This document shows, piece after piece, positions 39,392 to 46,981 of a DNA stretch of 46,981 bases (position 1 is its first letter; each line of letters begins with the position of its first letter). Made by a program: the position numbers and the translations under genes. Source of the stretch: Candidatus Aenigmatarchaeota archaeon (GTDB taxonomy: Archaea > Aenigmatarchaeota > Aenigmatarchaeia > QMZP01); contig JAPLVB010000011.1 of assembly GCA_026397335.1 (NCBI GenBank), forward strand, positions 1-46,981, written 5' to 3'. Below the pieces are notes generated by a model. It was not told the origin of the DNA and did not search any database. It saw nothing but the letters and a program-made list of their open reading frames with translations.

Positions 39392-40186
39392 ATGGAAAAA
39401 ACCCATGCAGGACTGGCGGTTGTGGGAATTTTGATAATAGCCGACATATTTTTATTCATATGGAGGCCGCTTGGCGAGAATTTCTTCATAATAGCGGACT
39501 TGCTTGTGGTAGTTCTGGCATTTGCCTCTTTCCTTTTCGGTCTGTATGCATACAAGCTCCATGGTTTCAGAAGCCTGCAGGGAAAAGCGCTCCTTTTCCT
39601 TTCTCTCGGGATTTTCTTCTGGTTCTTGGGGGAATCCGCATGGGCGGTTTATGAAATTGCCCTTGGGATAGAAGCCCCTATTGCCTCATTTGCCGATCTT
39701 ATGTGGTATGCAGGCTATCCGCTTTTTATCGCAGGCCTGTATTATGAATGGAAAATTACAAGAATCCCGCTCACAAAAGACAGAAAATTCTTAGCCGTGC
39801 TTCTTTTGATGGCTGTTTTAATTCTAGTAAGCTGGTATGGCATAATACCCACCGTGCAAAACTCCGAGACGGATTTGCTTGAAAAATCCGTTGTAATAGG
39901 CTATGTGGCAGGAGACCTGGCTATAATGCTTGGCTGCTCCATAATAATAGTCTCTTTCCTGGGAGGAAAATTCGCCAAGCCATGGATTATTATAACAATG
40001 GCAATAATCCTGACCTCCCTTGCCGATATTGGCTATTCCTATTTGAGCACAGCGTACGAGACAGGGAACTGGATAGACCTTCTCTGGGATATTGATTATC
40101 TGCTGCTCGCTTACGGGTTCTTCTACTACAGGCAGTCCGTCAAGGAAATAGAAATCCCGGTGAAAAAAAAGAGGGGGGTTGAATGA
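39392..40186 (+). CDS. stand-alone polytopic (7-8 TM) sensor-like membrane protein, paralog of 40957-41760
   Basis: GKALLFLSLGIFFWFLGE..W..YE.....AP..SFADL.WYAGYP motif is shared with the paralog. No soluble domain. Confidence 0.6.
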   Translation: MEKTHAGLAVVGILIIADIFLFIWRPLGENFFIIADLLVVVLAFASFLFGLYAYKLHGFRSLQGKALLFLSLGIFFWFLGESAWAVYEIALGIEAPIASFADLMWYAGYPLFIAGLYYEWKITRIPLTKDRKFLAVLLLMAVLILVSWYGIIPTVQNSETDLLEKSVVIGYVAGDLAIMLGCSIIIVSFLGGKFAKPWIIITMAIILTSLADIGYSYLSTAYETGNWIDLLWDIDYLLLAYGFFYYRQSVKEIEIPVKKKRGVE

Positions 40187-40494
40187 CCCTGAAAGAAGAG
40201 GCAAAAAGGGTACTCAATGAGCTTTTCGGCCCGGAGGTGGCGAAGCAAGTGGACAGGTTTGACAAGCCGGAAAACTATCCGAAAGACTTCCTGGACGAAT
40301 GTGTGTTCTTCCTAGGCAAGTTCATAGGCGATAATGCAGCAAAGAGGAAGTTTGAGCCGCTCTACAAAAAATATACAAGTGACACGGATATGCAAACAGA
40401 GCACGCCCCAAAAACCAGAAAAAGAGCAGTCTCCATATTCGATTTTTCAGCATCATTTTCCGTATTTAAAGAAATTTCACATAATATTAGATAA
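40183..40494 (+). CDS. hypothetical 103-aa protein
   Basis: 4-nt overlap with the upstream gene. No motif recognised. Confidence 0.4.
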   Translation: MTLKEEAKRVLNELFGPEVAKQVDRFDKPENYPKDFLDECVFFLGKFIGDNAAKRKFEPLYKKYTSDTDMQTEHAPKTRKRAVSIFDFSASFSVFKEISHNIR

Positions 40495-40502
40495 GCCAGT
40501 GG

Positions 40503-40883
40503 ATGGTGCAAATGCCCAAGAAAAAGATAATGGTAGTGGATGACGAGCAGAGCCTCATCGAGCTTGTCAGGGCGATACTCGGGCAGGAGGGCTTTGACGT
40601 GGTAACCGCTTACAGCGGTTCCGAATGCCTTGAAAAGCTGAAGAGCGAGAAGCCGGACCTCATCCTGATGGACATGATGATGCCGGGAATGAGCGGACGC
40701 GAAACCACGGAGAAGATAAGGTCCAACCCCAAAACCAAAGGCCTTAAGATAGCGTTCCTTACAGTTGCCCGGTTCTCCGAGGTCGGAAAGAGCTCGCTGA
40801 AAAACCTGAACGTGGCTGACTACATAACCAAGCCCTTTGACAACAAGGACCTGATCTCAAGGGTGAAAAAACTCGCCAAGTGA
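40503..40883 (+). CDS. single-domain CheY-like response regulator
   Basis: VVDDE, LILMDMMMPGMSG (phospho-Asp), FLT, and ITKPF. An alternative start is at 40512. Confidence 0.9.
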   Translation: MVQMPKKKIMVVDDEQSLIELVRAILGQEGFDVVTAYSGSECLEKLKSEKPDLILMDMMMPGMSGRETTEKIRSNPKTKGLKIAFLTVARFSEVGKSSLKNLNVADYITKPFDNKDLISRVKKLAK

Positions 40884-40956
40884 TAAAGACATTAATGGAG
40901 TTCGCCAAGAAGAAGCTTTCACTGCTTTAGGAGAAGTACACCGCAAAATGATGTTT

Positions 40957-41760
40957 TTATTTTGAATCCCTTTTCTTGGGAACGGCAGGAATTTCAGCCA
41001 TATGTTTGGTGTAATACATTCCAAGCCCTATTGTAAAGAAAGCCAAGGCAAACAGGACGTCGGGAAAGCTTCCTGTGTAATAGGTTCCGGTTGCAGTTGT
41101 CCATGAAAAGGAAAAATCCGCTATAGCCTCTATTATAAACCCAGCACATATTATTGCAATTGGTTTGAACAGATTCCCTCCCCTTATGAGGCTCAGTATC
41201 ACAAAACCGAGAGACAAAAACACCACATCACCCATAGGATAAGCAACATTTAGGATTTTCTCAATAAGCGAAACGTCTTCCGCAAGCTTTGTCTGTATGA
41301 ACAGCCAGTATGTGAAAAGGAAGGAAACCAAAGGAAGGGCTGTCACCTTCAGGATGGTTTTCTTGTCAAAGGTGATTTTTATGCTTTTGAGCAGCCAGAA
41401 AAGGCCGTATGCGGCTAAGGGTATTATTCCAAGAAACCCTATATCGGCTAGGGAGGGATACGGAACCTCTATCTGCATAATAATATTGTAGTAAAAATAT
41501 GCTAGGATTCCTGCACCCCAGGCAAGCAGACCAAGCGAAATAAAGAAGAGCGCTTTGCCCAGTCCGCTCCTGAAGGAGAAGGACTTCGCCCATTGGAAGC
41601 CTATTAGAGCGGCTACAAGTATGATGAGAAATTCTCCAACATCGGAAATAACGTATCTCGTCAAGGAAGGCGATCCTCCAGAAGGCTCCAGAATAAGCCC
41701 GATTACAACGGTTGCTGTTGTCAGAACCAGAGCCAAGAGCTTTTTGTCCAAATCATCCAC
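40957..41760 (-). CDS. stand-alone polytopic sensor-like membrane protein (paralog of 39392-40186)
   Basis: GKALFFISLGLLAWGAG..AY.YY......VPYPSLADIGFLGIIP. Lies 10 nt downstream of the P-loop-less KaiC paralog. Confidence 0.6.
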   Translation of the reverse strand: MDDLDKKLLALVLTTATVVIGLILEPSGGSPSLTRYVISDVGEFLIILVAALIGFQWAKSFSFRSGLGKALFFISLGLLAWGAGILAYFYYNIIMQIEVPYPSLADIGFLGIIPLAAYGLFWLLKSIKITFDKKTILKVTALPLVSFLFTYWLFIQTKLAEDVSLIEKILNVAYPMGDVVFLSLGFVILSLIRGGNLFKPIAIICAGFIIEAIADFSFSWTTATGTYYTGSFPDVLFALAFFTIGLGMYYTKHMAEIPAVPKKRDSK

Positions 41761-41770
41761 CTTTAATAAA

Positions 41771-42358
41771 TTACCGTTCAGTTAATATATTCCTATCGGT
41801 CTGTCCGTTCCGTATATCAACAACCTTGTCCGCGAACATCTCCAAATCCGTGACCAGCCTCCTGCTCTCATTCTCGGGAATAACATCCTCCCTGACAACG
41901 AGATACATCTTCCTTGTTTCGGCACACTTGTTTTCAGTCATGAGGCTGTGCGTGAACTTCAGTATCGAGAAGAGGTCGCTGTACTCAAGCAGGCTGGATA
42001 TTGCGTCAAATATCACCATCTCGCAGCCCTTTTCCTTTATCGCAGAGGAAAGGCTTTCCCTTATCTCGTCAAGGGATGAGGGTGAGGAAACGAAAAAACA
42101 GTTTTCGCATGGCAGCTTCTCCTCGTAATGGCTGCTCAGGGTATCTATGAAGAAGAACTTGTCAATAGTAATGTTGGCCGGCCTCATCCATGCGAGAACA
42201 TCCTCATAGGTCGTGCTCAGGCAGACGTAGCATACTCTTTTGTGGTGCTTCTCCGCTGCACTCACTATCCTGCGTATGCGGTCAGGATATCCAACCTCGT
42301 TTATCAGGAAGACTATGAACTTGTTCTCATTTATAAGGTCCGCAATTTTGTCATTCAC
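41771..42358 (-). CDS. KaiC/RecA-fold protein lacking the Walker A P-loop (MEDS-like), paralog of 30502-31044
   Basis: Shares VCYVCLS, KFFFIDT, VSSPSSL.E, VIFDAISSLL, KFTHSL and DLEMFADKVV with 30502-31044. No GxxGxGK[ST]. Confidence 0.6.
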   Translation of the reverse strand: MNDKIADLINENKFIVFLINEVGYPDRIRRIVSAAEKHHKRVCYVCLSTTYEDVLAWMRPANITIDKFFFIDTLSSHYEEKLPCENCFFVSSPSSLDEIRESLSSAIKEKGCEMVIFDAISSLLEYSDLFSILKFTHSLMTENKCAETRKMYLVVREDVIPENESRRLVTDLEMFADKVVDIRNGQTDRNILTER

Positions 42359-42445
42359 ACAATCAACTTTAATAAATTATATATTTGTTTAAATATAAAC
42401 CTTAAATGGTTAAACTATTTATATTAAAAATTTATTTAAATATAT

Positions 42446-43258
42446 ATGTCAGATAATAAACCAAACGGAATTTTATTCGCTATAAAGGAGGTTCGCGCCT
42501 TTGTTAGGGCAGAAACCGGCCTGTTTGTATCCGGTATTGCGCTTTCGGGTTATCTGCTTTTCAATAACATTAGTCTGGCAGCATTTTTTGTGATGGCAGC
42601 CGCCTTTTTTTCAAGCTGCGCCATATACTCCTATAACCACCTGAAAGACAAGAAAGAGTATCTGGTGAATAATGAAAGGATTAACCACTTTGCTGCAGGA
42701 AGGAGCGGCCATTACATAACCGCGGCATGCATTTGCCTTTCTTTCATGTTCTCGCTCTTTCTCTCTCTTTTTTCCTTTCTGGCCTATTTCGTTTCGCTTG
42801 CGTGCGGAATGCTTTATTCAGCCTTTAGGATGAAAACATTCTATTTCTTTAAGAACATTTACACAGGCCTGGTTTTTTCAATTGTTTTCCTTATGGGAGA
42901 GGTTACTGCAGGCATCTTTACGTATGAAATGGTTGAATATCTCGCAGTGCCTTTTCTCGCCGGCATAATTCTGAACCTTCTTGGGGATATCAGGGGACAC
43001 AAAGGCGACAGGTCGGCCGGCCTGAAAACGCTTCCTGTAACTATCGGTGTGGAGAGAGCCAAACTCATACTTCATGTGGTGGTATGGTCTCTGGTTTTAC
43101 TGATATCAGTAAGATATACAACACTGTTTTCGATGGTCCCCTTTCTGGTCATGTTATCTGTTTTCCTCATAAACAACAATATGAAAGTCACAAGGGCGTG
43201 CATACTGCTTTCCTTCGTCACTGTGCCTGTTTTCTTAATGGTGATTAAATGGATATAA
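42446..43258 (+). CDS. UbiA-superfamily prenyltransferase (divergent first Asp motif)
   Basis: About 8 TM. NHLKDKKEY replaces NxxxDxxxD. The second motif NLLGDIRGHKGDRSAGLKTLPV is typical. Confidence 0.65.
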   Translation: MSDNKPNGILFAIKEVRAFVRAETGLFVSGIALSGYLLFNNISLAAFFVMAAAFFSSCAIYSYNHLKDKKEYLVNNERINHFAAGRSGHYITAACICLSFMFSLFLSLFSFLAYFVSLACGMLYSAFRMKTFYFFKNIYTGLVFSIVFLMGEVTAGIFTYEMVEYLAVPFLAGIILNLLGDIRGHKGDRSAGLKTLPVTIGVERAKLILHVVVWSLVLLISVRYTTLFSMVPFLVMLSVFLINNNMKVTRACILLSFVTVPVFLMVIKWI

Positions 43259-44169
43259 CAAAAAGGTCGACGTCCCGGCTAATGAAGCACATTTTTGGAA
43301 GTGACATGAATATGATAATTGAACACTATAACGGGCATATAGCAGAACTCGCGGCGCGGCATATCTATCTAAAAAATGTTTTCTCCGAGTGTGTCAGCAG
43401 AACAGGATTTCTTCTTCCCTATATGTCAGCTGAATATGGGTACTATTCAATAAAAGGGACCTTTATGCCGGTCAAGATAAAGGAAATGGTAACAGGATTC
43501 GGTCTGATAGGCCTCGCCATCTCTATAGATGATGACATAGCGGACGAATATGCGGACAACCATCTAAAGATGATATCCAATATATCTGTATCGGAACTCA
43601 TACAGAATTTTGCATATTCACTTATTTTTCGGAATTTGCGTAAGGAAAGCAAGATAATAATGTCAGAAACAAGCAAGGCCGTCTCTGCCACAACCGAATA
43701 TCAGTGTGCCGATGCTGCCAACATAATCAGTTTCCAGAAAGGGGGTTTTGATATCACAAGTTACCTTCATGCCACCAAAAAAACATCATGCCCGATAAAG
43801 TATGGGTTAAGATTAGGAATGATTCTGGCTGAAGGGCAAGAATTCATAGAGACCACCGAAAATATAGGAGAGCGCCTAGGGATTGTTCTGCAACTGATAG
43901 ATGACCTCTTGGACCTTAATGATGATGTAAAAAACCACAAAGGCAATGTGACGCTTCCCATTTTCTTGATGCGGAACGGACAGACGTTCGATAAAATTTT
44001 CAGTATGATTGACTACAGCTTGGACGTATGCATGAAAGAGGCTAAAAAAGTCCCTTACAGTATAAAACTGGAACAGATGATAAAAGGCTTTCACAAAATA
44101 AAACTGATGGCAAAGCAGAGATCAGATGAAACAACGCTATTTCTTAAAAACGTCCCGGATGGAATATAA
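43249..44169 (+). CDS. trans-isoprenyl diphosphate synthase-like protein
   Basis: Two Asp-rich motifs, ISIDDDIADEY and QLIDDLLDLNDD. 10-nt overlap with the UbiA gene. Confidence 0.6.
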   Translation: MDITKRSTSRLMKHIFGSDMNMIIEHYNGHIAELAARHIYLKNVFSECVSRTGFLLPYMSAEYGYYSIKGTFMPVKIKEMVTGFGLIGLAISIDDDIADEYADNHLKMISNISVSELIQNFAYSLIFRNLRKESKIIMSETSKAVSATTEYQCADAANIISFQKGGFDITSYLHATKKTSCPIKYGLRLGMILAEGQEFIETTENIGERLGIVLQLIDDLLDLNDDVKNHKGNVTLPIFLMRNGQTFDKIFSMIDYSLDVCMKEAKKVPYSIKLEQMIKGFHKIKLMAKQRSDETTLFLKNVPDGI

Positions 44170-45156
44170 AATCTTCAGATTCTTCCCGAAATTAATTTCA
44201 GAAATGCTAGCCTTTCTGTTAATAAGGAAAATATATCCTAGTATCATGTTGGCAAAAAATGTCCAATTATCCTCTTCTTTCTGTATGCCAAAGGGAGGAT
44301 TGCTTATCTCAATCTCTATTCTATTTCCCCCGTAAATTATTTTTACCTTCCCCCATCCGAATACCTCAAGGATGTTCTTTAGCAAAAATATCTTCTCATT
44401 TACTGTTGATTCGGAATCTATGATAGCGCTAAAGCACAAGTGAGAAATATCAGGAACCTTGCCCATAAGTATGTTCTTGCTCCCAAAAATGTGGAATATT
44501 GTATTTTCTCCTATCACAACAGACTTTTTTCTGAAATACATGTGGTTTCCTTTTAGAACGATTATCTTCATTTTAAGATACTTCTGCAGTTCCCCCTTTC
44601 CTGCAAAAGTCTTGTTTAAATTGACGTAATGGTTTTTGCTTTTTGATTCTATGTTAAATGGGATATCCTTTAAAGAATAGGTGTAAATGCAATCCGGGAA
44701 AGAACACTGTGATGATAAAGATTCTGCATAACGGCCATAAAGACCGCTTATAACGCCTTCCCAAAGACCATTGCAGAATTCGTTTTTACCTATGCATCGG
44801 GTTATAGACTCATTATGTGAGAAAAAAGTTATAGTGTTATCCTTTATAGAAGCCTTGAAATCGTCAAGGAGCCCGAGGTTTATCCAGACTTTCTTCAGTA
44901 TCCTGTTGAGAAGAACAGTTTTCGGCATTTTAAACATAAATTCCGGCAGGAAGTTTTTCGTGTAAAGGAATGACCAGGTCTTTGCTATACCATTCATATC
45001 CTCTTTGTAGCCAGAATCTTCGCATGCCTTTATATAGTTTGCAAGTATTTCCTCAAAAAGCAGGACATTTCTTCTCTTGTATATCTTGAATTTGTTAATT
45101 ATGCCTTCAGCCCGGGTTTCAAGTATGTCCCTTCTGATGGATTCCGAGAGCCTCAT
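44137..45156 (-). CDS. protein with two V4R-like (4-vinyl reductase) small-molecule-binding domains
   Basis: WINLGLL....I.....ITF....S..C.G......C.GLWEGVISGLYG.......C....C, and a second unit FGWGKVKI......IEIEISNPPFG....W.F.ANMILGY. Confidence 0.45.
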   Translation of the reverse strand: MRLSESIRRDILETRAEGIINKFKIYKRRNVLLFEEILANYIKACEDSGYKEDMNGIAKTWSFLYTKNFLPEFMFKMPKTVLLNRILKKVWINLGLLDDFKASIKDNTITFFSHNESITRCIGKNEFCNGLWEGVISGLYGRYAESLSSQCSFPDCIYTYSLKDIPFNIESKSKNHYVNLNKTFAGKGELQKYLKMKIIVLKGNHMYFRKKSVVIGENTIFHIFGSKNILMGKVPDISHLCFSAIIDSESTVNEKIFLLKNILEVFGWGKVKIIYGGNRIEIEISNPPFGIQKEEDNWTFFANMILGYIFLINRKASISEINFGKNLKILYSIRDVFKK

Positions 45157-45223
45157 ATTTAAAACTATCGCTTTCCGCTAAATAAGGATTTAAGATTTGC
45201 CTCTGTATGATTAGTGTGGTTGC

Positions 45224-45325
45224 ATGTCCACCAACATGCTCATTCTAAGGAAAATAGCGAAAACGCTGGATGGCATAGAGAGCGAACTAAAGGAAATAAA
45301 CAAAAAAATTGAATCACGAAAATGA
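45224..45325 (+). CDS. 33-aa micro-ORF (MSTNMLILRKIAKTLDGIESELKEINKKIESRK), paralog of 30235-30333
   Basis: Not in the ORF track. Fills the gap between the V4R gene and the KaiC-like gene. Shows similarity to the first micro-ORF at both protein and DNA level. Confidence 0.4.
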   Translation: MSTNMLILRKIAKTLDGIESELKEINKKIESRK

Positions 45326-45326
45326 A

Positions 45327-46004
45327 CTATATGATTTTAGTCTCCCCCAGCTTGAGCCCCGTCTGCTCTATCACAAGCTCGTGAGGGACCTTGGCATCGA
45401 ATGAGGAGTAGCGCAGCTTATGCACGGTCAGGGTGCGCATCGGTTTCTCCTCCAGCTCCATGAAGGACAGTTGCACAATACCGTCACACTCAAAGGCCTC
45501 CCCGTTCCCGCTGTCTATTCCCTCGTTCTCTGTCTCGCAGAGAATAAGGCTGCAGCCTATATTCTTTAGATACTTCAGCATCTCCGAGAAGTGTATCCTG
45601 TAGCTCCTTGGATTGTCAGAGAACATGAACATCTTGTTAGCATTATCTATCACAATCCTCTCAAGCTTGGGATATTCGCTCAGGAGAGTCACGAATCTCT
45701 TGAGAGACATGTTGCTCTCCCCCAGGTATATGTGCTCTATCGCGAGGTTCTTCCCCAGGAATTCCTCAACATCCTTGAGCCTCTCGATGCTTTTGCATGC
45801 CCTGACAAGCTCCTCTGAACTCTCGTTAAGGCTAACATAGCAACATTTCTCCCCTTTCCTGGCTCCCTCAAGAATGAAATTCATCCCGAAAAGAGTCTTC
45901 CCTGTTCCAGGCCCTCCTGAAACAAGTATGGTTGTCTTGTCAGGGAACCCTCCCCCAAGCAGCTTGTCAAGCCTGGGAAGTCCTGTTGCAATTTTTGTCA
46001 TCAC
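45327..46004 (-). CDS. single-domain KaiC/RadA-like ATPase
   Basis: GLPRLDKLLGGGFP...ILVSGGPGTGKT (Walker A), CCYVSLNES, RIVIDN (Walker B). Confidence 0.85.
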   Translation of the reverse strand: MMTKIATGLPRLDKLLGGGFPDKTTILVSGGPGTGKTLFGMNFILEGARKGEKCCYVSLNESSEELVRACKSIERLKDVEEFLGKNLAIEHIYLGESNMSLKRFVTLLSEYPKLERIVIDNANKMFMFSDNPRSYRIHFSEMLKYLKNIGCSLILCETENEGIDSGNGEAFECDGIVQLSFMELEEKPMRTLTVHKLRYSSFDAKVPHELVIEQTGLKLGETKII

Positions 46005-46333
46005 TCTTCACCCCCGAAAACAGGTACCCCGTTCCTCTTGCCATGGAGCCGCGTCAAGAGATAGACGTTCCCTTGCATCCTGAAAATCCTGCCAGGAACC
46101 TTTCTGTCCATTTTCTTGACGTCCAGCTTGTCCAGTATCTTCTTTGGAAGCATGAGCCTGTTGCTGTTCCCCAGTTTTCCCGTAGTGAGAAGATTGTTCA
46201 TGAACTTGGGGCTGACAGGAACAACCATAAGATCTGCGGTGGCCTGCTTAAGGAACTCGTACTCCTCTTTCGAGATTTTCAGGCTGAGGATTATCTCATC
46301 TTTTTTCATGTCTATGGAGCTCACGTCGGCCAT
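46001..46333 (-). CDS. AbrB/SpoVT-like DNA-binding protein
   Basis: The C-terminal NRLMLPKKILDKLDV...VPGRIFRMQGNVYLL resembles the swapped-hairpin AbrB fold pattern. 4-nt overlap with the KaiC-like gene. Confidence 0.5.
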   Translation of the reverse strand: MADVSSIDMKKDEIILSLKISKEEYEFLKQATADLMVVPVSPKFMNNLLTTGKLGNSNRLMLPKKILDKLDVKKMDRKVPGRIFRMQGNVYLLTRLHGKRNGVPVFGGEE

Positions 46334-46423
46334 GGTTTATATGTCCCTTTCAAATATTTAAACCTTTTGGTCATTTTTTGGTTTTTTATATTGCAGAACG
46401 ATATTATATATTAAGGTGGTAGA

Positions 46424-46981
46424 TTGGCGCAGCCCAAAAAAGTCAAGAATAAAGCGGACAAAAAAACCCCCTTTGACATTGATAAAATAAAAAAAGCAGT
46501 GGAAACAGAGCTGAAAACTTCTGCCAAAAAAACCCCTGAAGACACGAAAGACTACATAAAAACCGGTATAAAGGGGTTTGATGGGCTTTTTGAGAGGGGA
46601 ATCCCGAAAGGAAACTCTGTTCTGATAGCAGGAGGGACGGGCTCGGGAAAAACCATAATGTGCCTGCAGATTCTTGCTGATGCAGCTAGACGGGGAGAGA
46701 AGTGCCTGTACATGAGCTTTGAGGAGTCGGAAGAGAGGCTCAGGCGCCACATGAAGGACTTCGGCTGGAATCCGAGCGAACTGGAGAAGAAAGGAAACCT
46801 GCTCATAAAGAGGTTCAGCATCTTTGACATAGCCAGGTCCATAGACGCGCTCCTTGCAAAAAGGAAGGGCGAACTGCTCATAGACGTGAAGCCAGTGATA
46901 CTTCCGGAAGGGTTCAGGCCGGACAAGGTTGTGATAGATTCCCTCACAGCAATAGCCTCTGCTTTCATTGGAAACGAAACG
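46424..46981 (+). CDS. KaiC-like ATPase, 3'-partial (runs off the window)
   Basis: A TTG start is preceded by AAGGTGGT. GIKGFDGLFERGIPKGNSVLIAGGTGSGKT and CLYMSFEES. Absent from the ORF track because there is no stop in the window. Confidence 0.8.
   Translation, partial: MAQPKKVKNKADKKTPFDIDKIKKAVETELKTSAKKTPEDTKDYIKTGIKGFDGLFERGIPKGNSVLIAGGTGSGKTIMCLQILADAARRGEKCLYMSFEESEERLRRHMKDFGWNPSELEKKGNLLIKRFSIFDIARSIDALLAKRKGELLIDVKPVILPEGFRPDKVVIDSLTAIASAFIGNET

Overview
Archaeal chromosomal segment. The diagnostic content is an archaeal histone-fold gene, aIF5A with a divergent deoxyhypusine synthase, Dph2, class II-type HMG-CoA reductase, form III-type RuBisCO, five tRNA genes, TATA-like boxes about 20-30 nt upstream of many starts, and GGTG-type Shine-Dalgarno sites inside operons. 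Four of the five tRNA genes carry introns, three of them at non-canonical D-arm or T-arm positions. The lineage cannot be fixed from sequence alone. Heavy non-canonical tRNA intron use and small, tightly packed genes suggest an uncultivated small-genome archaeon (inference). Bases 1-21 kb are mostly housekeeping: coiled-coil proteins, an orphan mrpEFG triad, histone + GNAT, dys/aIF5A, TtuA-like thiolase, Sua5, an M24 peptidase, the tRNA cluster, HAD, an MJ1316-domain protein, RtcA, a beta-CASP RNase, RuBisCO split by tandem in-frame stops, a DUF362 Fe-S protein, PorG, Dph2 and HMGR. Bases 21-27 kb hold a five-gene operon of membrane-anchored and giant coiled-coil proteins, followed by MinD, RadC and a wHTH regulator. 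Bases 30-47 kb form a dense signalling supercluster. It contains two P-loop-less and two intact KaiC-family genes, a 5xPAS protein, three tandem lipoprotein SBPs with no transporter, a Cache-HAMP protein, a histidine kinase, a receiver, two stand-alone polytopic sensor-like membrane proteins, UbiA + polyprenyl-synthase-like genes, a double V4R protein, an AbrB-like protein and two paralogous 32-33 aa micro-ORFs. Superimposed on the whole window is a family of at least nine GAAGG...CCTTC (nested) hairpin elements with compensatory stem changes. They occur after stop codons, between cistrons and in promoter regions. One copy forms the core of a tRNA-Gly T-arm intron, and one sits as exactly 19 in-frame codons inside a protein ORF. 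No CRISPR array, rRNA or recognisable transposase was seen.
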